Source: Marsupella aquatica
Lineage: Eukaryota; Plantae; Marchantiophyta
Length of the DNA stretch: 64,000 nt
Assembly: GCA_973895155.1 (NCBI GenBank)
Contig: OZ316898.1
Location: forward strand, 9,561,761-9,625,760
Direction: 5' to 3'
Under the pieces are notes generated by a model. The model ran no database searches. It was not told the DNA's origin and saw nothing but the letters and a program-made list of their open reading frames with translations. A program made the position numbers and the translations under genes. Numbering within the stretch: the first letter of the stretch is position 1; the number at the start of each line of letters is the position of its first letter. Shown here one piece after another: positions 1 to 13,544 of the stretch.

Positions 1-81
1 GGAAGGAAATATGATCAAACAACACCGGCAGGATGCTCTCAAACTTGACGTAGAATCTCATGCAACTTACCAGCCTTTCAG

Positions 82-287
82 CTTCGCTCAATGCGCACGG
101 GTGTTTCAGTGGTTCTATCTGGCTGCCATATATACAGGTCCCGCCACCAAATTATCCATTTGAGAAATCGTTTACCAATTCAACTCCAGTTCAAGAAACT
201 GCTCCTACCCCTAGATTTTGGATGGACAGGAATGTTAAGGATGATTATTGCAACATTTGCGACAAAAGTGTATGCCGTTTCCAATGA
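82..287 (+). CDS. Possible terminal exon of an unidentified gene that starts upstream of the window
   Basis: A pyrimidine-rich acceptor (cctttcag) precedes a stop-free frame ending in a Cys cluster (DDYCNICDKSVCRFQ*). No family recognised. Confidence 0.25.
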
Positions 288-2287
288 AATCTGTCAAGGA
301 AAGAACCGTTGGCGACGAAATCAATGTTCCGGAGCGCGATTATATATATATATGCGATTGAAAGCCGTGTCCAATGCATGATTCATGCATCCACTACTGA
401 CTACGCGCCTAGCGAGAGCCGGATTGGATTCCTTTGGGCCAGCCCGAGTCTACGGTTGAGAATGCAATTGTGGGGTGCGAATCACCAGCGTGGAGGTGGT
501 GACTTCAGACAAAGTGATCCAAGGCACTTAAGTCAACCTCACTTTGCTCATCACTCGGGAAAGAATCCGCAGCTTTGGAGTGATACTTGTATACAATCAT
601 GTTTACAAACTAGTATATCATAATTTGGGGATTTTGTTAGTATCAGTGATCTCATTAGTTCACCATATGGGGCCATGCATATATGGGCTAAAAAGTAGAT
701 CTGGGTGAGATCCTCGTTTGACCAAAAATTGCACCTAAAAGTAGTTCAGATATGGTTTTAAACAAAATAACCAAAAACTGCTACTGTACATTCTAGGCCC
801 GTGCCAGGGTCCCCGATGGGTAGTGAGTGGGAGAGCCTTCGGATCAACATTCACCTAGGCAAGTGAGCGGTGTCCAGTTAGGAGGATGGGGCGGAGAGCC
901 CAGTCCTTTTAGGCTCGATCTGTGGCAGCTGGGGTTTAACGTTGGTATCAAATAAACTTTTCCAAACAAGTTGACAAAAGTGAGGACGGGTACGTAGGCA
1001 TGATTTAGACCTTTGGGCCCCATAGACGAACAATTTGACTTTTGGGCCCAATAGACGAGCAATTTGAGAAGGTGTATCTGCAATTAATTAAGGCAACATT
1101 TCGGTCCATTCACTTCAGTGCATTGCCACTAGCAGTATCTAAAGTACCCTAGGCTCACCAACAATCCTAATCTAGACTTTTGAGATGCCCATATTGCAAA
1201 ATCTCAGGGTCCCATGACCTACACTCTAGACTTGCTTTTGACCTTTGGAGTGATACTTGCAGTGCCACAGGCATATTTTCCGACCAGTAGACTAAGGTAG
1301 GCGTGATGGTTTTTCTCTCAATTCTTAGTCACTTGGAAATCCAGCCATCTCATGAGTGGGTCCTACTACATCCATTGCGGAAAGTCGTATCGGGAACAAT
1401 ATTGAGCTTAGTTATGAAATTAATGAATCTTTTCATGTCAAGAATATTCAAATATGCCACTAAGTACCTTGGATAAATCTATCAGTTCCTTTGTACAGTA
1501 TTTCATTGTGAATATGCCACTTTTGCCATCGCCTATTTATCTCACTAGCTCCGACTACTCGTTCTTTGAACGTCAATAAAGGTGAGGACAAACAAGTGCC
1601 AAAGACTAAAAAGTGCCAAAGACAAAAAAGACTCAGGAAAGTAATAAGAGTAGTGTATGAAAAGACAAAAGACAACTTAGGGAAACCCCACTTGAGAAAT
1701 TTTGCCAGACAAAACTAACTTGATGGCAAAATGGTTCAAGTGGGGGAAAACCCTAAATTTTATTCAAATGGTGGAAATTTGAACAAAAGGTATGTTATAT
1801 GGCTTGTAGATGTCAATATGACATACAACAATAATACCATATGATAGTCTCCATGAAGTAGTCCATTGTAGAGTACACATATATTGCTTGAATATTACAA
1901 AGTGCACCATTTGCTTTGAGCGTAGAACCGGCCAAGCAACCAAAATTAACCACTGCAAACACCCATAGGATAAGCCAAAAGGAAGGTCATTGATAAGAGG
2001 AAATCAAATGCAATACGTCCCATCTAGAATGAGGAATGTAGAGAGAGTGGAGTAAGCAATATAAAGCTCTTCAAAGGATTCCAAGTACTAAGAAGGTCCA
2101 TGCCATTGAAAGATCTAGGGTCAAGTTAGCATTGAATTGAAATGAATGAAGAAGGAATATTTACCTGTTAAATGTCAAAAGAATTGCTTATTGAAGCTCG
2201 GAGTAGAGAAGTTGTTTTGTCAATGCATGGGCTCATGCTAGTGTAAGCAAGAGATGAATGAATAGGCACCCTCCCAACATCATGCAA

Positions 2288-5200
2288 TCATCTCAAAATC
2301 TCACGGTATACAACATTCCTTGTGTAAAGGTCATGCTTATCAGGATATGCATTCCTTGATATCATAATGCGAATGCCACTCCGAGCACCAACCCTAGACA
2401 ATGCCACATATAATTGACCATGCGAGAAAACAGGGTTTGGTAGAAATATCCCAATCTTTGCCAAGGTTTGACCTTGAGACTTATTGATGGTCATACCAAA
2501 GGCAGCACGGATAGGAAACTGAAATCGTCGAAGATCGAATGGTAACCCTGAGTCAGATGCAATAAGAGGAATGCGTGGAATAAAAACACGATCTCCGATG
2601 TTCTTCCCTGTGATAATTTCTGCATCTATGACATGACGCCCAAAACCACGAACTATCAAGCGAGTGCCATTGGCTTGTCCTTTTGACCCATTCATGTTTC
2701 TCAAAAGCATGATGGGTGCACCAATCTTAAGGGTCAACTTGTGTGGAGGTAACCCCGATGGCAACAATGTATTGAGGAACTCTGTGGGATACATGAAAGC
2801 ACTTGCTTCATTGGGAATTGAATCTGCACTCAAAAACTCATGTTCCTGCAAAAACTCATGAATAAAAATGGTAAAAAAGTTACTAACTTTCATTGAAAGA
2901 ACTTCCCTTGAAATACAACATTTAAAGTTCTTAATGTTGCTAGTGGTAAGGAATTTACCTCTCCAGGAAAGCCACACATCACCTCCTCATTGACCTTATC
3001 CACATCTTTGTTTGTGGTGGTCAAGATAGCTCTATCTTTTAGAAAGTTAACATTGTTGAAGTTCATTGGATCTGAGGCATAGATCTCAACAATAAGGTCA
3101 CTAAGATGGTCAGTTGGCATTATCAAGTCATGCGGTAAACAAATGACATCATCGCCCAAATCAGGCTCTGTTGGCAAAGTCCCCTCTCCAATTGCTAGTA
3201 ACCAATCGCTAAAGCCTTGTTGCTCAAGCGCCTCTTGTCCTATATATATAAGAAAATCCAAGAAAGTTGTCAAAAGTTTTGAAGCAAATTATACATACTT
3301 TAGTATAATTTTCCTTATTCCAACATTGAGAAGTTATTAGTGCTAAAATAAATTAACATTTCAAAAACTAAGTGAAAATATAATTCTAGAAGGATTATAA
3401 TTATAACACACTAAGTATAATTTAATATACATTTGAAACAATGATTGATAGTAAAACATACCTTCTAGTGTTTTGACTCTCATGTTCTCACTTAGCCTCA
3501 TCATTTTCATCTTTGACCATATAGAAGATCTTTTGAAGGTGGCTCGAATGATGGCTGCTTGATCTCCATGTCGAACAACAGGAAGCACTTGGCGAAAATC
3601 ACCACCAAAGATCATTAATTTTCCCCCAAATGGCAAGTTGCACTTCATGATATCTTGAAGTGTCCGACTAACAGCCTCAAAAGCATGTCTATGAGTCATG
3701 GGTGCTTCATCCCATATGATCAATAATGCAGATCGGATCAAGCGTGCAACTTCACTTTCCATTACTATGCTGCACACAATCATCACAAAAGTAATCAGGA
3801 AAAAACAGAATTCATATATTATCCTCCAAACCAATAGCTCGGAATTCCACATAATAGTATTTTTCATAAACTCAATCTCACTATGAACACAATTTCAGCT
3901 TCTTACTTGCAAGTAGAGCTTTCGTGAACAATGAGTGGAATCTTGAAACGTGAATATGCCGTGCGACCTCCCTGTAATAATAAGGCTGCAATCCCCGATG
4001 ATACCACGGCAAGAGCGATATGCCCCTCACATCTAACCCTTGCTAGTAGAAGATTATACAAAAATGTCTTTCCAGTTCCACCTGGTCCATCAATAAAGAA
4101 TAGATGCTCCTAGATGAATTAAAAGCTATGAGTTAGACATGAGAAGCATTGATAGTGTGAAAATAGAAAATATCATTATCATGCCAAAATACATTAAAAT
4201 CAATGTATATACTTACCCGAGGAGATTCACCTTGCAATATGATCTCACAAACATCATTCACTTGTTGCCAAATTAAATTTTGTCCATCATTTAACTTGGC
4301 TTCTCCTTCCAATGCACATGCACATAGTGCAACACGATCATATGAGAGCTCCTCTAACTCCAAATGAGAATGAGTCTCTTCATTGCAAATAAAATTTGCT
4401 TGATACATGTCAGAAAAATGAGAAAGCCTTTTGTTGTGATCTTGTAAATAATGGTCAATTTCCAACAATGCATCATTGAGTAGAGCATGTTGAGGAAGAT
4501 CAGATATTCCAAATTCCTACATGTACAATGTAGTTGACCAATGTTAGTTTGTGAAATAAATATAATATTAGAATGTACATGTCATGTAAGGAAAAAACTT
4601 GATTTGTGTAAAAAATAATACCTGATGTCTCAAATACAATAGATCTTCGGTCATTGATGTTACAAATTGATCCCATAACTCTTTAGGGTGTGCAGGTGTG
4701 TTGTAGAGAAGAATGATGGCAAAAAGTTGACGGACTGCACGCCCAGTCCGAATCTCTGAACATTCTCTCAAACAATCAATAACCTCTGTATCATGATCTT
4801 CCAAGAGCCCCAACTTAATTGCTGCCTCCTTAAAAGTGGGCATGACCATGCCATCAATTGTTTTTAAGCTATCATATCCCCTAGTCCCTTTAATATGATG
4901 AAGAAGTAATCGCATCCAATGACGTTCTCCTTCACCTGCACAATAAAATTGTATTAAAGCATAATAAAGTTTTAAAATAAATAACAATGAATTCAATTCT
5001 TTGAGTGTTAAGTCAAGATGCAATCATACCTGGATGAGTCAAATATAACCGACCAATAGGATATCCACAGCCTTTTATCTTTTTCTTACGAACAATCCAT
5101 TTCTTTTGGTTTTTGTTCCAACTATAATGAAGTGGAAACTCATGGTATTTATGTTGTCGTGCCCTTGGATCACTAACATTCATTGCAAACCATTCTGTCA

Positions 5201-8200
5201 ATGTGGTTGCCACCCTCCGTTGCAAAATCTCCTCGGTTGTAACATTCTCACTAAAAACAATACTTTGCTCATTCTCAAGATGAACAGATAATCGAACAAT
5301 ACTTGGCTCTTCTAAATGCAATCGAAACTTGAAAATGCGCCAACATGCTTCAACAGATGAGATATATCTGTACATAAAAAACATTAGTAAGATTTGGAAA
5401 ATCCTCAAATAGAACCAAATAACAATTGTAAAAAACTTTTAATAAACTTTAAATTATTGCAACACTTAAAATTAACAAACTAATATGAAATAAAAACATA
5501 TAATAAAATAATTATCGTGCATCTCGATATTCCAAGACCTCATCTAGTGCTGCCTCCATCCCAATTGTGCCACCAGTTCGTGACAATCGGACCAAAACTG
5601 CATCGGATCCCTTATATACATATTTGTAAATGTACTTCACAGCCGCAATGCCATTGGTAACTTCTAGATTTATATGGCAATCAAAAAGTGTGCACAATAA
5701 TCTATTGTATGGCACCACCCAACGATTATCCAAAAAACAATTTTTCTTCTTCACCGTATGACCATCATCTCGTCTGCAATATTTAAGGTAGAAAAGTAAA
5801 TATAAGAATTATGTCCACAATTGAAAAATAATATAAAGATATTAATTAAAGCATGATATACAAGTAATTGAAATCAATGTCACACCTGCGATATGTAGGG
5901 TACCCATCCTCGCTTAATGTGGTGTGGGTTGCAAAAGGCTTGGGAAAACCTTTTGAGCACACTCCATTTTTCATGCATGGAGCATTTCGCATTTGAACAC
6001 CACATGGTCCGTGCATCATGCAAGTAACAACAGTTTGATAAAGACTTGGATGTAAAATAGGATCTGGTATTTCCGCAGAAATAACATCATCAATATGGGT
6101 AGCATTTTGTGGTTTGTCCTCATAACCCATGCACATCAAAAGATGAATGTGTGGCAAACCTCTTTTTGGGAATTCTATAGTATGTATCTTTGTCACACAC
6201 TTACCCAAAATCTTCTGATTTTTTAGCAGATCTAACAATGCCTTCTTCTTCAGTTCAAACACTCGAGCAATCAAGTCAGAACGATTAGCCGCTTTTTGAT
6301 TGCTACATACCAATTCGTCTGTGATCTCCTTCCACGCAGGATTGCATGTCATTGTCAAGAAAAAATCAGGCTTGCCAAAATGCCTAACAATAGCCATGGC
6401 ATCCTGAAATAACTGGTGCATATGGCGTGGACCCCCTATGAAGCTTGAAGGTAAGATGATGCGTCTTCCAATGTCTGCTGCATCATGATCATGCCTCGTC
6501 ACTGCATCTTGAACCCCTTGATATAGATGCACCCTCAATTGAGGTTGATGGGTACGTATGTAGGTCAACCTCTGGCTCTCAATAGTGGCATAAACATCCA
6601 CCATGTACTCTTGATAAAGCCGATCAAAACGTGTCAACCTACTACCATCCATGCACATTGTAGGATTATCCTCCCTTGTATGAAATCTAAATGAAGCAAA
6701 CTCCAAAGAGGTTACATTCTTTGTCCCTGTATCTGCATGTGTATCATTATCCATCATGTCGTTGTAGGCTCTCCCATGAATAATAGCCTCCACCACACCC
6801 TCTTCACTTTCCATAGCAACATTCTCTTCTACTATAGAAGAATTACGTTTCTGAATGCCTATATGCCATCATGCCTCACCGTATGGAAATAGTAGAACAA
6901 AATGCAAAGGAATATATGCCTGATTCAGGTCAAATATACGACGAACTCCTCCTCCATGCAAGTATACAATTATATCACGTGGACCAACTTCCTCACTTCC
7001 ATCTCTAGGAATAATGGCTGCGACCTCCGATGCTACCGGCAAGTTATAACGTCTAGCATCAAGACCTCTCTCGCTAGCTTTTAGTACTATGCGCATATTT
7101 TGACTACCAACCTCACATGCTATAGCTTGAAATAATCTCACATATGCATTATGCTCACGCATAAGATTCTGTAATCCTCTCAAGGTCTCAATCTCAATAC
7201 CATCAGTAATAACCCTTTCTCTATTCTCTATTTTGTGCTCAGTGTCATAAATATAAAGTTGAGCAAATTTTGGGGGTTGTCCTACCTCAGGATATAGAGG
7301 ACCAATAGAATGATAGATCCCACCTTGAATGCGAAGATGTTTTATGCCACCATGTACTTCTCCAGACATGTTAGCACCGGTGGATGCAAGCTGAAGTGCA
7401 GAGTTATAAGCTCGAATGTGACTCAAAAACCTTTTACTAGTTGGTCCCTCATCTGAGACCAATGATGCCAAGAATGGAGGAAGAGATCGCAATGGTGGTA
7501 AATCCACCCTACCATGATTACAACACTTGCCAAATGGAGAGTCTTTGAATTTTGTAGAACTTACTTTCTCTCGGGCCTCCAATGCAATGCCTTACAAAAT
7601 GGGCATACCACATTCATCCGCCCAAGGTAATGATGACCACTCTCTTGATTGATTTGACCTTGTAGCTTCAAGTGAAACACATGTTGTTGATCAAATATGC
7701 GACGACATGCTATGTTGCTGAAAAAATGAATAGCTAGTGTTAGTTAAATCATATTCCTAATTAAAAAACCAACTCAAAAACTCAATCAATCCTCTAACAA
7801 CAAATAATTTCACAAAATAAAAAACTAAATAATATAATTAAAAGTCAAACAATAAGGCTATAAGTTTAATCTATCCACTAAAATTCAACAAATGTTAACA
7901 TACATAGTTGGGAGGCGTGCGATACGACTTGTGCGTTGAGGTGGTGGGTTGATCTCGATTTGTGAAGGCACTATGATATCTTCATCTGGAAGCGGTCCCC
8001 TATAATGAACAAAAACAACATAAACTATTATTTTCAATTCAAAACTAAAAATTTTACTCACAATTAATATGAAAATAATGAATTTAATTCATACCTAGAG
8101 GTAGACCCATGTTGTATCACAGGGGGGACTATTTCTTCAGCAATATTTTGAGGTTGGTCAGTCCTCATTGCACGTCTATTTCTTTGTCCCTCTGCTCTAT

Positions 8201-9305
8201 TTGTTCATCTCGAAGGGTTCTTCGAATGAGTGGCATGGGTAATCTGTAAAAATATCAATCATTCACAATTATTTTTAAAATATCAATTATAGTCATGTCC
8301 AAAAAAAATTATATTATAAAAATATAAAAAGTTATAATATAAAAAAACTTACGTCGGAGATGGATCATTTGCAACCAATGTTAAACATTGATTTGAAATA
8401 GGGTATGGAGGTTCTGGAACATTATCACCAATAAATGGGTCCCTATATACATCAATATAAATTTGCGTTAGTGATATAAAATTCCTTAGACCACTTGACT
8501 TCCTAAACATGAGGATCAAAGAGCAAGTCTTTTCTAGACGTGAATTATTAAATTTGTAACAAAAGAAACTTACATGGAAAGTGGTTGTACATCTTCACCA
8601 ACTGGTAACTCCCTATAAAATACATTTTGATAACAAATATATATTAACAACCAATATTGTTTGTACATCAATACTATAACCCATGCAAAAATGCATTAAA
8701 TTTATAAACAAAATTAAATACCTGATATGAAGCACTCGTGCATCCTCTAGAACGACTATAGTGTTTGCTGTTACTTTTTTAATTGCTCGTCGCTCCTGTT
8801 GTTGTTTAGCCCGCTTGGCTGCTCTATTCGGCTCACTAACTCCTTTGTCCACTTGTACATGTATATTTTTAGCTTTTTGTCGTGCACGCCATTCTCGCAT
8901 GTATTTTGCTCTATTGGCTCTTCTAACTGTATCAATAGTATCACCAGGTCTCAACGATACTCGTGCTGGTCCTTCAAACTCGTAGGGCTCCTCAATTTCA
9001 TATGAGAGATCTACTCTTGCGATCGGAACACTTCCTTCTTGTCTCGGTTCATTGATGAGACTATGTTGCCTACCATCTCTAATAAGGGTATAATCAGCAG
9101 ACCTAAACATAAAATGAACATTCAATTAGATATAAGTTACTTTAGAAAGTAAACAAAATTTAATTGTTAATTTTTATATAGAATAGAATAGAATGAATGA
9201 AAACAATAATGTTAGTTATATTCATATGCAATACCTTGTGGAAGAGTGAACTTGTTCAATGGTGGACAAATTAGTAATGTCATTAAGGACCCTTTCGTTT
9301 GCCAT
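2288..9305 (-). pseudogene. Helitron Rep/PIF1 helicase (RepHel) gene, multi-exon, inactivated
   Basis: Helitron N domain RIILPSSFIGGPRHM...FGKPDFFLTMTCNPAW. HUH motif IEFPKRGLPHIH and catalytic-Tyr motif KYIYKYVYKG. Walker A DGPGGTGKT (~4065-4095), IIWDEAPM, FGGDFRQVLPV, QFPIRAAFGMTINKSQGQT, VFSHGQLYVALSRV. In-frame TGA at 6869-6871 (FPYGEA*WH) and a frameshift at ~7570. The start position is approximate. Confidence 0.92.
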
Positions 9306-10860
9306 TGTTGAAAATCTATTGATCATCAATTATCTACAAATACAACACGACACATTCGATAAGAAATTGTATCAAGTATCAAGAATATCTCAGATTTATT
9401 CATAAATAGTTTAATAATACATGACATGATGTAATGTCATACAAAATCATGTCTAGCATGATCTCAACTACGTTATCCCTGGCCTTCATCAACTACTGTC
9501 CTAATTGTCTTCTTGACTACTCTATAATTAGTGACACAACCCCTAGCCTGATGCCAATGTCTCTACAATAATCACCTATAGATGTTACTATCTTTGTCTT
9601 TCCATCTGTTATAGCACATCAGGGAATCACATCTTGTCTACTCTCTATAGTGTTTGCTCAATTTTGTCTCACACCAGTCAAGCACTATCTTTAGTATCGG
9701 AAATGGGAACTGCTAAGATAAGCATTGAAACTACCTCCAAGGCCATATAAAGTCCCACTAACAAAGTTCCGGGGCGTATGTCCCCTTTAAAAATAAAAGA
9801 ACAGGAGTGTCACATTGGCGACAATATGATGCTTGCACCCATGACTGCAAATCTGGAATGATAGCACTGCGGGGTCCTCCATCATGCTGGATGAATGAGG
9901 AAAGTGTAATGAAATTATGATGAAATTGCTCCCATTCAACAAATCAGTTCATCAGCTCCGACGTCCCATAGCCTGAGATCTCACAATACCCGAGACAACA
10001 CCATCTAGTAATAGAGTACCAAAACAAAAAGAAACCAAGTGCATCAGCCATAAAATAATGAAGAAAGTGTACAGTAACAACAATGAAAAGCAACAATTTA
10101 TTCCTGACGACTCCAACAATTTATTCCTGACAACTCCACTGCAGCATTTGGTCCTTTTCAGAATATTAATTATTTGGATAGGGATCTAAAGAAAGGGATC
10201 TAAAGAAAGGCAACACAATCAGCCGAAAGTCTAGAATCTATACTGTTTAGACCTTAGTACATAATATATTAATCATTAAGATTGCTTGGAAAGATTCAAA
10301 TAGATTGTTTGCTTACCAGAATTCACTTAGCTTGGACCTTGATCCACACGAACACTTTAGCTCCGTCTGCCTGCACCAAATTCCACAAAACATCATAAGA
10401 GACAACCACAGTATCCTTTCTCAGCTAGCTTTGGGAATATAGCTGGCTCTTCACTCGATTGAAATCTTAGAAAGGTCATGCAGTTTTTCACACTTTTCAA
10501 TCTCAGGCTTTCTCTCTTTCTCTGCTCTTCATCTCTCTAGTCTCTGCTGCACCCGATCTTCAACCTGAATATTAGTGGTCTGGCCTCAATATTTAATAAT
10601 TTACAGACATCAATCTATCAGCGTAAAAATTTCACTTACATTGGGGCAGGCTGGATGCGTCAGTTTTCAATCAGCAGGCTGGATGGTTCAGTCTTCAATC
10701 AGCTGCAAATCACTCCGCTGCAGTCCAAATACAACACAGACTTGGTCTTGGGTTCTTCCCCTTCAATAAATGCCCAGGAAGGCATGAGCAGGGCCGAGTC
10801 TGAAGCCGTTGTGTTGGATCAAAGGGAGCCCTTGATTTTGCCCTGGCAGAAAGCCGTATT

Positions 10861-11006
10861 TTGCAAATCCTGAGATAAGCCCCTTTTCCTAGCTTGAGTA
10901 CTGCTGGCAAACTCGACAGCTGATACTGAACCTTTGCAAATCCTGAGATAAGCCCCTTTTCCCAGCCTGAGTACTGCTGGCAAAGTCGACAGCTGATGCT
11001 GAACCT
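10861..11006. repeat. 73-bp tandem duplication inside the Helitron
   Basis: ttgcaaatcctgagataagcccc...tgaacct occurs at 10861-10933 and 10934-11006. Confidence 0.85.
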
Positions 11007-11895
11007 AGTGAAGGCGTAGGAAATTGTCTTTCAGGCATACTTCATGGAGGAAATTAAAGAAAGGAAGGGACGTGTCAAATCTCCATCAAAACCAAAAACA
11101 TATTCAATTCATGTCGTCTATTCAATTCATGCTGTATCCTAAACCCCAGCAAGCACATTCCGCCAATTTCCATTTGTGCAACTAAGAGCTGAAGAGAGAG
11201 AAAACGTAGTGTCATCGTTTAGCTCCTTTCCTCTCCTCTCCTCTCCTCTCCTCTGCACTATTCTCTCCTGTGCACGCTCTTCATTTGAGTAAAATGAAAG
11301 GGGCAAAATATTTACAATCTATTCTCTACGCATAGCTACTGATGGAAATGGAGAGAGACTGGCCTGTCTAGCTGAGCTGCCCGAGACAGTGAGACAAAGG
11401 GCAGAATGAGTTCAAATGAGTTGCAAAATGCGTTCTTAGGAAGAATACCTGATACAGAAGAGTTTCGAACTTGTTCCCACTTTTTGTTGGAAAGAAGATT
11501 CCGATTGTTGACCATTACAAAGCGGTGACGCACAACAGACAGAGAAATGTTGCCAATAGCCAATGTACGTAGTTGAAAGAAAGGAATTCGAGCAAGGGAG
11601 AGACTCTCGCTGCCTCGCTCGCTGCTAGCCAAAGAATGCACAATGCTTGCAAGGGAGACACTCTCGCTGCTAGCCAAAGGATCCGGCGTCGATAAATATC
11701 ATGTCCACGGTTCCCAGCAAGTATATACTTGCTACGTTTTTGGTGCAGCACCATATACCTGCAAAGGATTTGGCGATCGATAAATCTCATGTCCACGGGA
11801 ACACATAGTAGTCCATTCACGGAGAACTCCAGAAATAAAAGGGAGGAATTCAAAATCAAACGGAGAACTTTAAACTTCCCTTGCATTCGATAATT

Positions 11896-12060
11896 AGCTC
11901 CCACCCTTTCCCGTTTGCCATCGCCAGATCCAACTTCCCTTGATTCACTCATAGCTCCCACGCTTCCCCGTCTGCCATCGCCAGATCCACATAGCTCCCA
12001 CGCATTCCCATATGACATCGCCAGATCCAGCAGCTCCCACACATTCCCGTTGCCAGACGC
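11896..12060. repeat. Degenerate ~40-55-bp tandem repeats in the Helitron 5' region
   Basis: About four copies of agctcccac...ccc...catcgccagatcc. Confidence 0.7.
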
Positions 12061-12413
12061 ACTGCGCCGCCCTCTTTGAGATAGTTTCAAACCTATTCCC
12101 CGCTCCCCATTCTGCACAAAGTTACTCCCCCCTCACTTTTTCACCCACACCCCCAATTTACGTACGCCCCCCAATTTAGTTACGGTCTAGAGGCTTCACT
12201 CTAGGCCGTAGGGCGTGAACAGTAGCTTCTGTTCGCGCTTTACTAGTAAGATGACATAATTGAATGAACAACATCATTTCCTGTCTGCCATTTCACACGT
12301 ACCACGTACTACTCCTCCGCCCTGGCTTCTGCCCCCTGCCCCGCCGTGTGTGGAAGCAATTTCCACTACCGCACCTTGTTTTCCACATTGCCATTCAAGC
12401 AAACCCAATCTCT

Positions 12414-13544
12414 GGAGATATATGCTTGATGGGCCCCCTGTGAACCTTTCTTACTTGATGGGCCCCTAGGTAACTTTTTTAACCAAATAGGACCCTTCTT
12501 AATGACCAGTACACCTGTTCTTGTGTGGTGCCTACACCTGTCCTTGTGTGGTGCTTACTATGTACAGTGACTCCAGGCAAACTGCATGGCTGAACCGTGC
12601 GACCGACCCTGCATGGTCGACTGAGAAACCACGGAGTTTATTCAGGAGAAACCGCGAAAAGTGACTGCCGCTGTCGAAACTCTGATTTGAAGACAATATG
12701 CATTGTCTTCAGATTCAATGGGTTAATGCCTGAAGACACAATGGATTATGTCTTCCCGTGTTTCAAGGTTTAGGGTGTACCCCGACACCTTTGGGTTTGT
12801 CTTCTTTTGAAATTGTTTGTATGCATTGCACAAGGGAGTATCACCATTTTTTGAGCACATTTGTCAATCATTTACGATTTTTGTTGTGGCGGTAGTGGGC
12901 AAATTTTGAACATTGAATTTGAATATTCTTTGTGGACATTTGGAGGTACCCTACACTGACGTTGACAGTCGCATATGAAAACATCGTGAAAAACATACCT
13001 AATGACTACCCCGCGATACGGTGAAAATTTGAACCCAAAAACATAATCCATATTGTATTCAAGTCACATTTTGGGCAGCGGCGTTAGCTTTTGGCAGTTC
13101 TCCCACATCATCTCCGCGGTTTCACCTGTTTCTCCCACATGTTTCTTTGACCATGCAGGGGGGCCTCCCACACGGTCCAATAGTCACAAAAACCCATACA
13201 AGCAAACCTAATGACTACCCCGTGATCGGTCAAATTTTGAATCCGAAGACATAATGCATATTGTCTTCAAATCACAATTTTGACAACGACAATCACTTTT
13301 TGCGGTTTCTCCTGAATACTCTCCGTGGTTTCTTGGTCGACCATGCAAGGTCAACCGCACAGTTCAACTGTGCAGTTTGCCTGGAGTCACTGTACATAGT
13401 AGGCACCACACAAGGACAGGTGCAGGCACCACACAAGAACAGGTGTACTGGTCATTAAGAGAGGTCCTACTTGGTAAAAAACGTTACCTAGGGGCCCATC
13501 AGGTAAGAAAGGTTCACCAGGGGGCTCATCAAGCATATATCTCC
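12414..13544. mobile_element. Non-autonomous long-TIR (foldback/MULE-like) element
   Basis: 12414-12717 is the imperfect reverse complement of 13237-13544 (GGAGATATATGCTTGATG...CATCAAGCATATATCTCC). An internal direct subrepeat of ~210 bp starts at ~12995 and ~13205. No clean TSD. Confidence 0.7.

Larger units (their letters stand above)
2288..12251 (-). mobile_element. Autonomous-type Helitron, defective; 5' terminus at 12251, 3' terminus not located
   Basis: Contains the RepHel gene. The minus strand begins A|TCTTACTAGTAAAGCGCG at 12251, followed by two hairpins (12181-12210 and 12211-12240). The same terminus recurs in the mini element at 27341-27413. Confidence 0.85.

Noticed and set aside
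585-615. ACTAGT near 609 as the 3' end of the large Helitron
   Set aside because: There is no GC-rich hairpin on the required side and no similarity to the mini element's 3' end.
11515-12117. 200-aa ORF near the Helitron 5' end
   Set aside because: It is largely produced by tandem repeats, has a non-ATG start and contains no recognisable domain.
12211-12247. Plus-strand hairpin followed by CTAG|T, resembling a Helitron 3' end
   Set aside because: The homologous mini element lacks this CTAG (TATAG instead) but conserves AGTAAGAT. RepHel is on the minus strand, so this is better read as the minus-strand 5' TC end.
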